From a virus (Duplodnaviria > Caudoviricetes), in the IMG/VR virus record IMGVR_UViG_3300029183_000018, positions 1 to 36,092 of that record: a stretch of DNA of 36,092 nt. The stretch is one strand, 5' to 3'. The position numbers were made by a program, and so were the translations under genes. Within the stretch, counting starts at the first letter, position 1, and the number at the start of each line of letters is the position of its first letter. Below are positions 25,351 to 33,556 of this stretch, piece after piece. A model generated the notes under the pieces. The model searched no databases. It saw only the letters and a list, made by a program, of their open reading frames with translations, and was not told the DNA's origin.

Positions 25351-28300
25351 ATGGCAAAAGAAACCAGATTAAATAAGTTTAAGGTTAGGTCAGATTTTAA
25401 CCAGGTGGGCAGTGATCAGGCCACTGTGGTTTTATGGTTCAATCTGGCCAATGCCCCTGCCGGCCTCTGGGATGTGATTCAATCTGATGGGGCCGATCTC
25501 CTGGTGTACTCTCAGGATGAGGCCACCAGGTTTGAAACGTTCCCGGTTTTTGTGGATAAAGCCAGCAGGAGGGGGCTCCTGGCTGCCAAAGGTATCAACC
25601 TGGATTCATCAGCTCATACTTACTACACGATCTTTTGCAACGATGCCACGGCCACCCTGCCCCTGGCCACGGATACCTATGGCAGGAATGCCGTTTTTGA
25701 TTGGAAATTTGAGGCTGTTCTGGATCTCATAAACGATGCATCCACCATTGCAGATCTCACAGGCAATGGATACACAGGCACTGGCTCTGGCCTCTCAGTG
25801 GTGAATCGTGGATGGTTCGGAAAATCCCTTTTCAATCCCAGCTCATCAAACCAGGAAGGGATAAGCATAGCAAACTCAGGCAGCGGATCTGCTTTCAATG
25901 GCATGGCCCAGGCCGGCTTTTCATGGGTTGAGGTTAAGGAGGGAACAGCTGTTCAGAATGAGAGCCCGTGGGGATACGATGCAAATAATCAGATGAAGCT
26001 ATCCAGCCATGATTATCAATTTAGGATAGCTGCCACAAATAGGGCCAATGAGGATGTTATAGATGGAATATTTGCTCACTGGGGTTTCAACTACCATGAT
26101 GCAAATGATGAGAGCCAGCTGTTCAGGAACGGTGAGGCCGGCACCCTGAACTCATCCACAACAGAGGCATGGTACACTGGCGTGGGCCTGCTCAACTGGA
26201 TGAGGGCCAGGGCATCGGGTGGGAACTGGGAGAGCTTCCTGGGAACGCAGAGTATAGCCCTGTTGGCTACCTCTGAGAGATCGGCTGATGAGTATGCCAT
26301 AGAGCATGCAATGATGTGGGATGGTGGAGGGAATGCCGGCTCAGGATCTGGGTATGTGCCAGGATCTGGTGAGATAGGGGGCCAGTTCTGGGAGTGGAGT
26401 GATATGCTGGAGAACTGCCAGGAGAGGTGTTCTACAGATTTCAGGAACTACGCTATTCAGGATCATGTGCCTGGCTGGGTGAATATTTTCAATGAGTCAA
26501 ATGTTAGTGACTCCATTGTGACCGATGCCACCAGCCCAGGTGGCAAGGCTCTGCAGATCACTAAAACTGGATCGGGCCGGCCCCTGCATATTTACCAGGA
26601 GGCAGATGGTGAGAATCATGGTGCCCTGGCCCTGATTGAAACGGATTACGCATCTGCAGCCCCATCCCTGTGGATCAATGCCAGTGGCTCTGAGGGAGAT
26701 GAGAATGGATACCTATTTGAGCTGGCATACGCCACCAACATCGTGGGCCTCTGGGAGCTAACTGGTGGCTCAGTTACGTTTAAGGATAATGATAGCTTCA
26801 CCCTGAATGCTAATACCAAGTACTGGGTAAGGCTATGCCGATTTACAAACGGGGCCATCAGGGCTAGGATCTGGGAACATGGAACCAATGAGCCCACGGC
26901 CTGGAATGTTCAAACCACTGACTCCACCCACACTGGTGGGTCATGTGGCGTTAGCGAGCTGGCCAATGGCACCACTCCAGGATCGTTTAACACCTGGGTT
27001 CACCACATCAGCGTGGGCAAGGGGGATAATTTCCCACAGGGATGCGAGATACTAGAGGAGGATTGGCCAGATGGTGAGGCCCTGTATATGACTCTCACCA
27101 GTGATGAGAGCGTGAGAATCCTGGAGTTGGATGGGGATGAGCGGCATGCTGTGATCAATGTATTGGGGGATGGGGCTATCCATGATCCACAGCAGGCAGC
27201 CTGGCACCGAACAAAGGAAAAGCTGTATGTAACTTGCTCAAATTCCCTGGCCAGGGGTGCCATTCTCAGATACGATAAGTTCGGCCTGGGGGAGGAGGTG
27301 GTGAGAACTGCCCTGGCAAACACGTTTGGAATCTGTTTCGATTACGATAACTCCCTGATGTATTACACAAACAGGGTGGGAGTCACTGGGGATCTATACA
27401 AGAACTCTGATGATGGTGGGTCTGAATCTATCATAGTCTCAAATGCAATCAACTGGCCAGGCCACCCAGCATTTAATCCTGATGATGGATTTGTCTATGT
27501 GCCTTTTGATTTTGCCGTTAGGAGCTATGATGCCTCTGGAACCCTGCAGGTAACGTACCCCACGGATACTGGTGATATAGCACATGGGGTGGCTGTGGAT
27601 GGCACTAATGTGATGGTGGGATACTGGAATGATTCAAGGGTATTCTACCTACCAATAGGCACAACCGTTGGGCCCTGGACTGTGGGCGATACGATAAACC
27701 AGATATGGCAGATGGATCTCACACCTGCCAGGGATGTGATGTACGGGGCTGCTTTTCAGGCAGACTCAATTTACAAGTGGGATTCATTGCCACCACCGGC
27801 CACGGCCAACAGAACCCTGGTGGCCAGTGGCACGGGCTATGATCAGATCCACTCAGTAACCTATGTTAACTTTGCGCCACCAGCATCTGGATCTGGGTTC
27901 ATCGGGTCAGGCTCTGGCTCTGGCGTGATTCCAGCCAGTGGCTCAGGATCTGGATTCATTGGCTCTGGCTCTGGTGCTGTGCCTGGGTCAGGCTCAGGAG
28001 TGGTTCCAGGATCGGGCTCTGGTGTTGTGCCTGGCTCTGGCTCAGGTGTAGTGCCAGGCAGTGGCTCTGGGTTTGTTGCAGATGAGTGCTACACAACCAT
28101 TGCCAGGGACACATCTTTTAACAGGCTCCTCCTCTGGCAGGAAAGAAGTGGGGCCGTAGTTGATATCATGGGGTGGGAGGCCCTGGCCAATGCCACCCCA
28201 GCTGATCGATCGGCATACTACAAAGGCTCTGCATCCACCAGGCTGAGCGGGTCAAACAGCATGGCCATGAGGGTGATTAAATCAGAACTCATCAGGCAGC

Positions 28301-29823
28301 TCAAAAAAATGGAGGCCCTGGGTTGTGATATTCGAGCGGCCATGTTTGGATTTGTTCGCCATGATATGTGGCTGGTAGATTCAAAGCTGGCCATGTGGGA
28401 TGCCTGGAACCCAGGGGGCCGGCTGGCCGGCTCTCAGTTGGTGATCCAGCAGGCCAGGGATTCTGGTGCCATCATGCAGCTCACGAACATTCTGGAGTTT
28501 GCCCCCTGGTACAATTCTGTGGCCACAGTGGCCACCCCTGATGTGCCAGGCTCTGGATCGGGCTCTGGCTTTGCGTCTGGATCATCTGGCACCTGGCACC
28601 TCTTAGATAGAAAAAACACATCCTTTAATGGCCCCACCTGGCAAGTGGAGGAGGGGGATAGTGTTGATAGCCTGGGATCCTTCACTGGTATTGAGGCCGT
28701 GATGGAGTTTGTTTTCCCAGCTGGCACAATGGTTCTGGATCTTATTGGGAACTGGGCCGGCACCCTGACTGAGATAAATTGGAATGGGGGCATCATTGAG
28801 GAAACCACAAAAGTGTATGGCCAGGATGGCCAGGTGACACTGGATGAGCAGGTATGGAAAGTCAGGGTATCAGTAACCAGTGCAGATGAGATGCCCAGGC
28901 TCACGGTAAACCATGCCGGCCAGAGCCAGGGAGTACGTGAGGGCCTGTGCCTGGATTGTTCTGACCCAGGTGCCGTGGCCAGTGGCGTGCCACCCTGGGT
29001 GCAGGAGGGTGGGCCCATTTACTTTGTAGATGAGGATACTGATCACTTTATGATCATGAGCGCAGATTTCACAGTGGAAACAGATACGGGTCTGGATCTC
29101 ACCAGCCTGGCCATAGTGGATATTTCTAGGCACCAGGTGAATGCCTACATCTATGGCCTCACCACGGGTGGCTCAGTTTACAGGTGGCGCGATGATGGCA
29201 GTGAGGAGCCTGAGCTGGTTTTCTCAACTGGACTCAGTGATCTGGATGGGATCATTGTGGATACTGCTAATGATCAGATTATCCTGGGCAGCCACATGGT
29301 TAACTTTGCCAACCGTAGATGGTACGTGTATGGCATAGCTGGTGGCCTGATTCATGATTATGAGAATAGGCTAGGCACTGGCTCCATCGATGGCCCACCA
29401 TCCTATGCAGGAAACATCACATCTGGAAACTACGCCTATTGGTACGTTACCCCTGGCCTGATCAGGTATGATATATCTGATGGCTCCGTGGACAGCATGC
29501 AGTCTGCCTCTGGCCTTGAGTTCAGGGCAGGTGCCATCGATAGCCTAACTGGCCAGGCTTTCAGGGTAGTTGGATCGGCCATATACCAGTACAACCCAAT
29601 CACAATAAACAACCCATCAGATGCTTTCGTGGTGGCTGGAAATGCTGAGGTTCTTAACTCAGCATGGATGGATTTCTTCCAGGGTGATGATGGGGTTAAT
29701 GTTTATGTGATGTGTGGAGGGGGTAAAATTTCAAGCTGGAGAGTAAACGCTGCCAACGTGGTGAGAGAGAGGAGCCTGGCCAATGCCAGAACCCTCACCT
29801 GCAGGAGGCTGTTTGCACCTTAG
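25351..29823 (+). CDS. large multidomain tail adhesin / receptor-binding protein
   Basis: 1490 aa. DUF2341-like start, lectin-like beta-rich segments, propeller-like repeats (FGICFDYDNSLMYYTN, HGVAVDG, GIIVDTANDQII) and Gly-Ser linkers. Confidence 0.75.
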   Translation: MAKETRLNKFKVRSDFNQVGSDQATVVLWFNLANAPAGLWDVIQSDGADLLVYSQDEATRFETFPVFVDKASRRGLLAAKGINLDSSAHTYYTIFCNDATATLPLATDTYGRNAVFDWKFEAVLDLINDASTIADLTGNGYTGTGSGLSVVNRGWFGKSLFNPSSSNQEGISIANSGSGSAFNGMAQAGFSWVEVKEGTAVQNESPWGYDANNQMKLSSHDYQFRIAATNRANEDVIDGIFAHWGFNYHDANDESQLFRNGEAGTLNSSTTEAWYTGVGLLNWMRARASGGNWESFLGTQSIALLATSERSADEYAIEHAMMWDGGGNAGSGSGYVPGSGEIGGQFWEWSDMLENCQERCSTDFRNYAIQDHVPGWVNIFNESNVSDSIVTDATSPGGKALQITKTGSGRPLHIYQEADGENHGALALIETDYASAAPSLWINASGSEGDENGYLFELAYATNIVGLWELTGGSVTFKDNDSFTLNANTKYWVRLCRFTNGAIRARIWEHGTNEPTAWNVQTTDSTHTGGSCGVSELANGTTPGSFNTWVHHISVGKGDNFPQGCEILEEDWPDGEALYMTLTSDESVRILELDGDERHAVINVLGDGAIHDPQQAAWHRTKEKLYVTCSNSLARGAILRYDKFGLGEEVVRTALANTFGICFDYDNSLMYYTNRVGVTGDLYKNSDDGGSESIIVSNAINWPGHPAFNPDDGFVYVPFDFAVRSYDASGTLQVTYPTDTGDIAHGVAVDGTNVMVGYWNDSRVFYLPIGTTVGPWTVGDTINQIWQMDLTPARDVMYGAAFQADSIYKWDSLPPPATANRTLVASGTGYDQIHSVTYVNFAPPASGSGFIGSGSGSGVIPASGSGSGFIGSGSGAVPGSGSGVVPGSGSGVVPGSGSGVVPGSGSGFVADECYTTIARDTSFNRLLLWQERSGAVVDIMGWEALANATPADRSAYYKGSASTRLSGSNSMAMRVIKSELIRQLKKMEALGCDIRAAMFGFVRHDMWLVDSKLAMWDAWNPGGRLAGSQLVIQQARDSGAIMQLTNILEFAPWYNSVATVATPDVPGSGSGSGFASGSSGTWHLLDRKNTSFNGPTWQVEEGDSVDSLGSFTGIEAVMEFVFPAGTMVLDLIGNWAGTLTEINWNGGIIEETTKVYGQDGQVTLDEQVWKVRVSVTSADEMPRLTVNHAGQSQGVREGLCLDCSDPGAVASGVPPWVQEGGPIYFVDEDTDHFMIMSADFTVETDTGLDLTSLAIVDISRHQVNAYIYGLTTGGSVYRWRDDGSEEPELVFSTGLSDLDGIIVDTANDQIILGSHMVNFANRRWYVYGIAGGLIHDYENRLGTGSIDGPPSYAGNITSGNYAYWYVTPGLIRYDISDGSVDSMQSASGLEFRAGAIDSLTGQAFRVVGSAIYQYNPITINNPSDAFVVAGNAEVLNSAWMDFFQGDDGVNVYVMCGGGKISSWRVNAANVVRERSLANARTLTCRRLFAP
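27883..28071 (+). repeat. Coding tandem repeat of (V/A)(V/I)P(G/A)SGSG and FIGSGSG units
   Basis: Translates SGSGFIGSGSGSGVIPASGSGSGFIGSGSGAVPGSGSGVVPGSGSGVVPGSGSGVVPGSGSG with different synonymous codons in each unit. Confidence 0.9.
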
Positions 29824-29889
29824 CAATTCTGCTGGCTCACGATTTCACGGTGGGCCTGCCATTTTAACCGTAGATTTTAAGATAGTGCT

Positions 29890-30243
29890 ATGGATGTTTC
29901 TACTAACAATCAGGGTGGATCTGATGCCATTGTGGCTGTTCTGAACTTGATACATGATGATATCAAGGGCCTCAGAGAATCCCATGAACACATGGAAAAA
30001 TCATTAATCCAATTAACTGCCCAGCAGCTGGCCCCACGAATAAAAACCCTGGAGGAGAAAGCCCATGAGTATGAGCTGGCACTGGCTGCCCTGGATCCAT
30101 CCAATGTTAAAAAGAGAATAGATGAGCTGAGGGATGGCCAGGTTAAGCTGATGATCAAGATAGCCACCATAGGTGGTGGGGCCGGCCTGGCTGGAGGTGG
30201 TATCCTCTACTGGGTTCTCCAGATGGTACAGGCCGCACCTTAG
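29890..30243 (+). CDS. coiled-coil protein with a C-terminal TM helix (possible lysis accessory)
   Basis: Heptad-like region followed by IATIGGGAGLAGGGILYWVL; last gene of the + arm. Confidence 0.65.
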   Translation: MDVSTNNQGGSDAIVAVLNLIHDDIKGLRESHEHMEKSLIQLTAQQLAPRIKTLEEKAHEYELALAALDPSNVKKRIDELRDGQVKLMIKIATIGGGAGLAGGGILYWVLQMVQAAP

Positions 30244-30329
30244 GCAGCGTGGCCAGCGGAACATCTGGAACGATATACACATATTATGCACACCCATCTA
30301 CAGATGCTGTGGAAACGGGAACGTGTTTA

Positions 30330-30368
30330 AGCCGGCCAGATTGTGGTGATCTGGCCGGCTGTTTTTAT
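30330..30368. terminator. terminator between the convergent arms
   Basis: Perfect 12-bp stem AGCCGGCCAGAT/ATCTGGCCGGCT followed by GTTTTTATT. Confidence 0.8.
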
Positions 30369-30592
30369 TCATAAGGTACATCATGGCCCTCTGAATACGC
30401 CACCTCACGAAATTCCCATGATGTGCAATTCTGAAACCTTGCACTGTGCTGCAGTGCAGCCCAGAGCACAGCATCATCATGCACCAACTGCATCACATCA
30501 TCTGCATTAAGATGCAACCCCTTTCCCTTTGCAGCCGCTCTAATGAGCTTTTGATGGGCCGTGAGTTCTGGTTTTCCAGTAATATGTTTCAT
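30365..30592 (-). CDS. hypothetical protein
   Basis: 75 aa; stop abuts the terminator. Confidence 0.6.
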   Translation of the reverse strand: MKHITGKPELTAHQKLIRAAAKGKGLHLNADDVMQLVHDDAVLWAALQHSARFQNCTSWEFREVAYSEGHDVPYE

Positions 30593-30597
30593 GGTTT

Positions 30598-30804
30598 CTA
30601 CTCCTCATTATCACCATCCCTCTCAGCCATCTGATCAGCCACGTGGTTCATAACTCTGGTGAGGAGGGTGGTGCCAGTTTCCATGTGATAGCCCCAATCA
30701 TAAAGGATCTCCTTTGCTATCTTCACAGTGCCCATCATCCCAGTATAATCAACATGATCAGGGAGCTGATCGTATGGCGTGGGCTTTATCTCCAGCCAGT
30801 TCAT
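30598..30804 (-). CDS. hypothetical protein
   Basis: 68 aa; ATGA coupling. Confidence 0.6.
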   Translation of the reverse strand: MNWLEIKPTPYDQLPDHVDYTGMMGTVKIAKEILYDWGYHMETGTTLLTRVMNHVADQMAERDGDNEE

Positions 30805-31424
30805 GATGCCACCCCTGCCTTACGCTTGCACCAGTGGGGCGCATAGCCCCGATCCTTTTCGGTTGGGCTCTCTACCTTCAATCCACCTTTGGTGAACAGG
30901 GGAGGACAGCCAGGGCCTCCTGTGTACATCTGAGCATCCACAGGCATCAGCTGGCCAGTGGGCAGCCTGATCATCATGATCCACTCATCACAAAACTTGC
31001 ACTGCTTCTGCTTGCCGGCCACCCCTCCCTGCTTCACTGATGGTGGCCCGCTCATGGTGTGATCCTGTGGCCGGCTGTGAGTATCCACCAGCTCCTGCTG
31101 CCTGGTGGTTAGAGCACTGGGCTCAGTGGATGGCCAGAACCCCAGGGCCTTGTCCCTGGTGGGCTTCGATGGCCCTATGGCCAGTAGCTCCATATCAGGC
31201 TCTGATGGCTTGAGTAGATTAAATACATCAATAAATAATTTAGCTTTTGGATCTGGGAGCTTGAGGCCGTTCCCTTTTTTGGACCCAGCCTTTACCAGGT
31301 AGCACAACCCAGAGGAGTGAACCACCACATACTTACAGGGCTGGCCCGCTCTCACGGCCATTGTTTTGCCATCCCAGTTTAGATAGTTAAAATCCCCAGG
31401 ATCCCTGGGATCTTTGCCTGCCAT
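30801..31424 (-). CDS. hypothetical protein with a C-terminal CxxC...HxC zinc-binding-like module
   Basis: QCKFCDEWI...MPVDA...GYAPHWCK. Confidence 0.65.
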   Translation of the reverse strand: MAGKDPRDPGDFNYLNWDGKTMAVRAGQPCKYVVVHSSGLCYLVKAGSKKGNGLKLPDPKAKLFIDVFNLLKPSEPDMELLAIGPSKPTRDKALGFWPSTEPSALTTRQQELVDTHSRPQDHTMSGPPSVKQGGVAGKQKQCKFCDEWIMMIRLPTGQLMPVDAQMYTGGPGCPPLFTKGGLKVESPTEKDRGYAPHWCKRKAGVAS

Positions 31425-31428
31425 GATA

Positions 31429-31989
31429 TCACCTGCTTTTGAAGTAAATTAAAGTTGATCGATCAGCCACCCCTGGCCGGCCCACCAGGTGATGAAACCT
31501 GATCCAGCCACCATCATCCTCTGGGAGGGTCCCCACTTTAACCAGGGCATCCTCCATCATTTTACATGTGGGGCTGAGGTTGATTCCATCCTGCCCCTCC
31601 CTACCTGGCCTGAACGTGCAAAACAGCAGGGCTTCAGCTGGCTCCCTGATCTCAAGTTGGGGATGCTCATGCAGCCAGGCATACACTTTGGAGTGCCAGG
31701 AATCCACCAGCTCCTTTCTCTTTGCCCAGTGAGCCCTCCCAAAAAACTCATTAAGTGACGGGCCAACACCATCCACCTCAATCCGCACCAACTCATCCCT
31801 TTTTCTTAAACCCAGCTGTAAGCATATCCCAGGCAAGGCTGATAATTCCTCCGCGATATTTTGCACTAATAATCCAGGATCTAAAGGGGCCGGCCTGTGG
31901 GCCTGGGTGGGCCCAGGCTGAGCGCTGCCCTCCACCCTCCCTGGATTCTGGGCTATCCACCTCTCCCAATCCCTGCTGTTTTTTGACAT
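31429..31989 (-). CDS. rusA: RusA-like Holliday junction resolvase
   Basis: PSLN motif and DGINLSPTCKMMEDALVKVGTLPEDD (D..N...K...D.L......DD pattern). Confidence 0.75.
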   Translation of the reverse strand: MSKNSRDWERWIAQNPGRVEGSAQPGPTQAHRPAPLDPGLLVQNIAEELSALPGICLQLGLRKRDELVRIEVDGVGPSLNEFFGRAHWAKRKELVDSWHSKVYAWLHEHPQLEIREPAEALLFCTFRPGREGQDGINLSPTCKMMEDALVKVGTLPEDDGGWIRFHHLVGRPGVADRSTLIYFKSR

Positions 31990-32200
31990 TATTTATTACC
32001 CCAGATTTATGAGCTATATCTGCCAGGCCATCTGCCCTGGATCGGATGCTGCTATTCTCAGAGTGGAGGTGAGAGATCAGGAGCAGGATGTTCTCCAGGG
32101 GGTGCCGCTTGGGATGCATGCACTCCATGTGGCCATACTTCCTGAAAATGTACTGCTCCAGTTTCTCCCACTCCACACGCCGATCATCCCAATCAGCCAC
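31793..32200 (-). CDS. hypothetical protein
   Basis: Fills the gap between neighbours; 3' part overlaps the resolvase ORF. Confidence 0.45.
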   Translation of the reverse strand: MADWDDRRVEWEKLEQYIFRKYGHMECMHPKRHPLENILLLISHLHSENSSIRSRADGLADIAHKSGVINNVKKQQGLGEVDSPESREGGGQRSAWAHPGPQAGPFRSWIISAKYRGGIISLAWDMLTAGFKKKG

Positions 32201-32513
32201 TGGTCCTAGCCGGCTTAACTACCAGGATGCTCTGGTGCTTTGTGATCTCAGCCACGCCATCGATTTGCTCCTGCTTCTTTTTGAGCTTGAGCTGCTCAGC
32301 CAGCCTGGTTACACTCTCAGAGTAATTGCCCCAGGTTTTCCTGGTTTGAATTGTGAACTCCATACCCAGGGCCTGGTGTTTCTGCTCAGGCTCCTCCATC
32401 AGTGCATAAAGCAGGGGGCCCTTGAGCTGTTCCATCTGCTCTGTGAGTTCTTGTATCTGTGCCTTTAGCTCCAGGTATTGCTGCACCTGGTTCTTATCGT
32501 CCAATGCTCTCAT
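32193..32513 (-). CDS. coiled-coil hypothetical protein
   Basis: MRALDDK start at 32513; YLELKAQIQELTEQMEQLK. Confidence 0.65.
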   Translation of the reverse strand: MRALDDKNQVQQYLELKAQIQELTEQMEQLKGPLLYALMEEPEQKHQALGMEFTIQTRKTWGNYSESVTRLAEQLKLKKKQEQIDGVAEITKHQSILVVKPARTSG

Positions 32514-32517
32514 AAAA

Positions 32518-32766
32518 CTACCTTTTGAAAATGCCCCAGCATACCACCTGGCCAGCTGCATGTGTTGAGCTGATCGGGATGAGCTGGGATAGTGAATAGC
32601 GATTGTGGCCAGGCTCCTGATAAAACCTCTCAATGGCTGCCTCCAGCTGAGCTGGTGTTTCTGCCTGGAAGGATCTCACCAAAATCCTGGGCCTCTTACT
32701 CCTGCATAGCAACATGGGGAGCCTCCACCATGCTGGCCACTTTGGCAGCCGGCATGGCTGTTGCAC
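32518..32766 (-). CDS. small hypothetical protein (true start probably further downstream)
   Basis: C-terminal half VRSFQAETPAQLEAAIERFY looks protein-like; stop lies 4 nt before the next ATG. Confidence 0.4.
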   Translation of the reverse strand: MQQPCRLPKWPAWWRLPMLLCRSKRPRILVRSFQAETPAQLEAAIERFYQEPGHNRYSLSQLIPISSTHAAGQVVCWGIFKR

Positions 32767-32819
32767 TCATGAGCATGCAGAGGAATAGGAGAAAAAAGCA
32801 GAACAGGTAAAGGGCTGAT

Positions 32820-33194
32820 TTAATGCTCATCATGGGCCTCCATCATCTCCAGAATATGTGGGCTCATCTGGATGGGGTGTAGTGTGCCAGACAATGCGGT
32901 ATACCCACCCTCTGTGGCGCTTGTATCAAACACAGCATCATAAGCCCCAATGTAAAGATATACCCCTGGCTTTTGATACTTCACCTCTGGTAGGCCCCTG
33001 AGCTTTATGCCGGCCTTAGATGCAACGCTGGCCAGAACTGGATCGGGCTCATCATCATCACCAACCCAGCCATTATAGTTTTCCACCAACTCATCCAGCT
33101 CAGGGCTCTCCCAGGTTTCACTGATAACAATAAGCTCCCATGCTTGAGCCAGCGTGAATGCTATAATCATTCTAATGTGAACAAGTACTCTCAT
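32820..33194 (-). CDS. hypothetical protein
   Basis: 124 aa; ATGA coupling. Confidence 0.6.
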   Translation of the reverse strand: MRVLVHIRMIIAFTLAQAWELIVISETWESPELDELVENYNGWVGDDDEPDPVLASVASKAGIKLRGLPEVKYQKPGVYLYIGAYDAVFDTSATEGGYTALSGTLHPIQMSPHILEMMEAHDEH

Positions 33195-33556
33195 GATTTT
33201 ACCTCACTTGATAACTTTGCGAAAGGTTCGGGGCACAGGGCCAGCCCCATGAGTTTCCCCTGTTTTATGTGTAATGATCCAGGGCCGGCTGGCCGGCTGT
33301 AATCTGTTGTGTGAATGTGAAAGGAAAGCTCCATCATATCCGCATGCAGGGCAGCCGGCCCATAAACCACTAGATCTGCTGAGAGCATCCCTTTGTGTAC
33401 TGCAACGTTTGTGGCCTTGCCTATCACCTGGTTCTCATTGAAATTCAGAGTAACCACCAGGGGCTCATCGGCTATGGCCAGGCCGGCCTCATCCACAGTG
33501 TAATCCTCAAAATTAATAAAGCATGTTTTTGTGATTGCAACATAGGGGCCCGTCAT
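33191..33556 (-). CDS. hypothetical protein, faint resemblance to the prohead-protease fold
   Basis: ATG overlaps the stop of the rep gene; VTLNFNENQVIGKA and KLMGLALCPEP. Confidence 0.55.
   Translation of the reverse strand: MTGPYVAITKTCFINFEDYTVDEAGLAIADEPLVVTLNFNENQVIGKATNVAVHKGMLSADLVVYGPAALHADMMELSFHIHTTDYSRPAGPGSLHIKQGKLMGLALCPEPFAKLSSEVKS

Noticed and set aside
24334-29823. Tail paralogy as a diversity-generating retroelement or invertible cassette
   Set aside because: Similarity is only at the diverged protein level; no reverse transcriptase, invertase or near-identical DNA repeat was seen.
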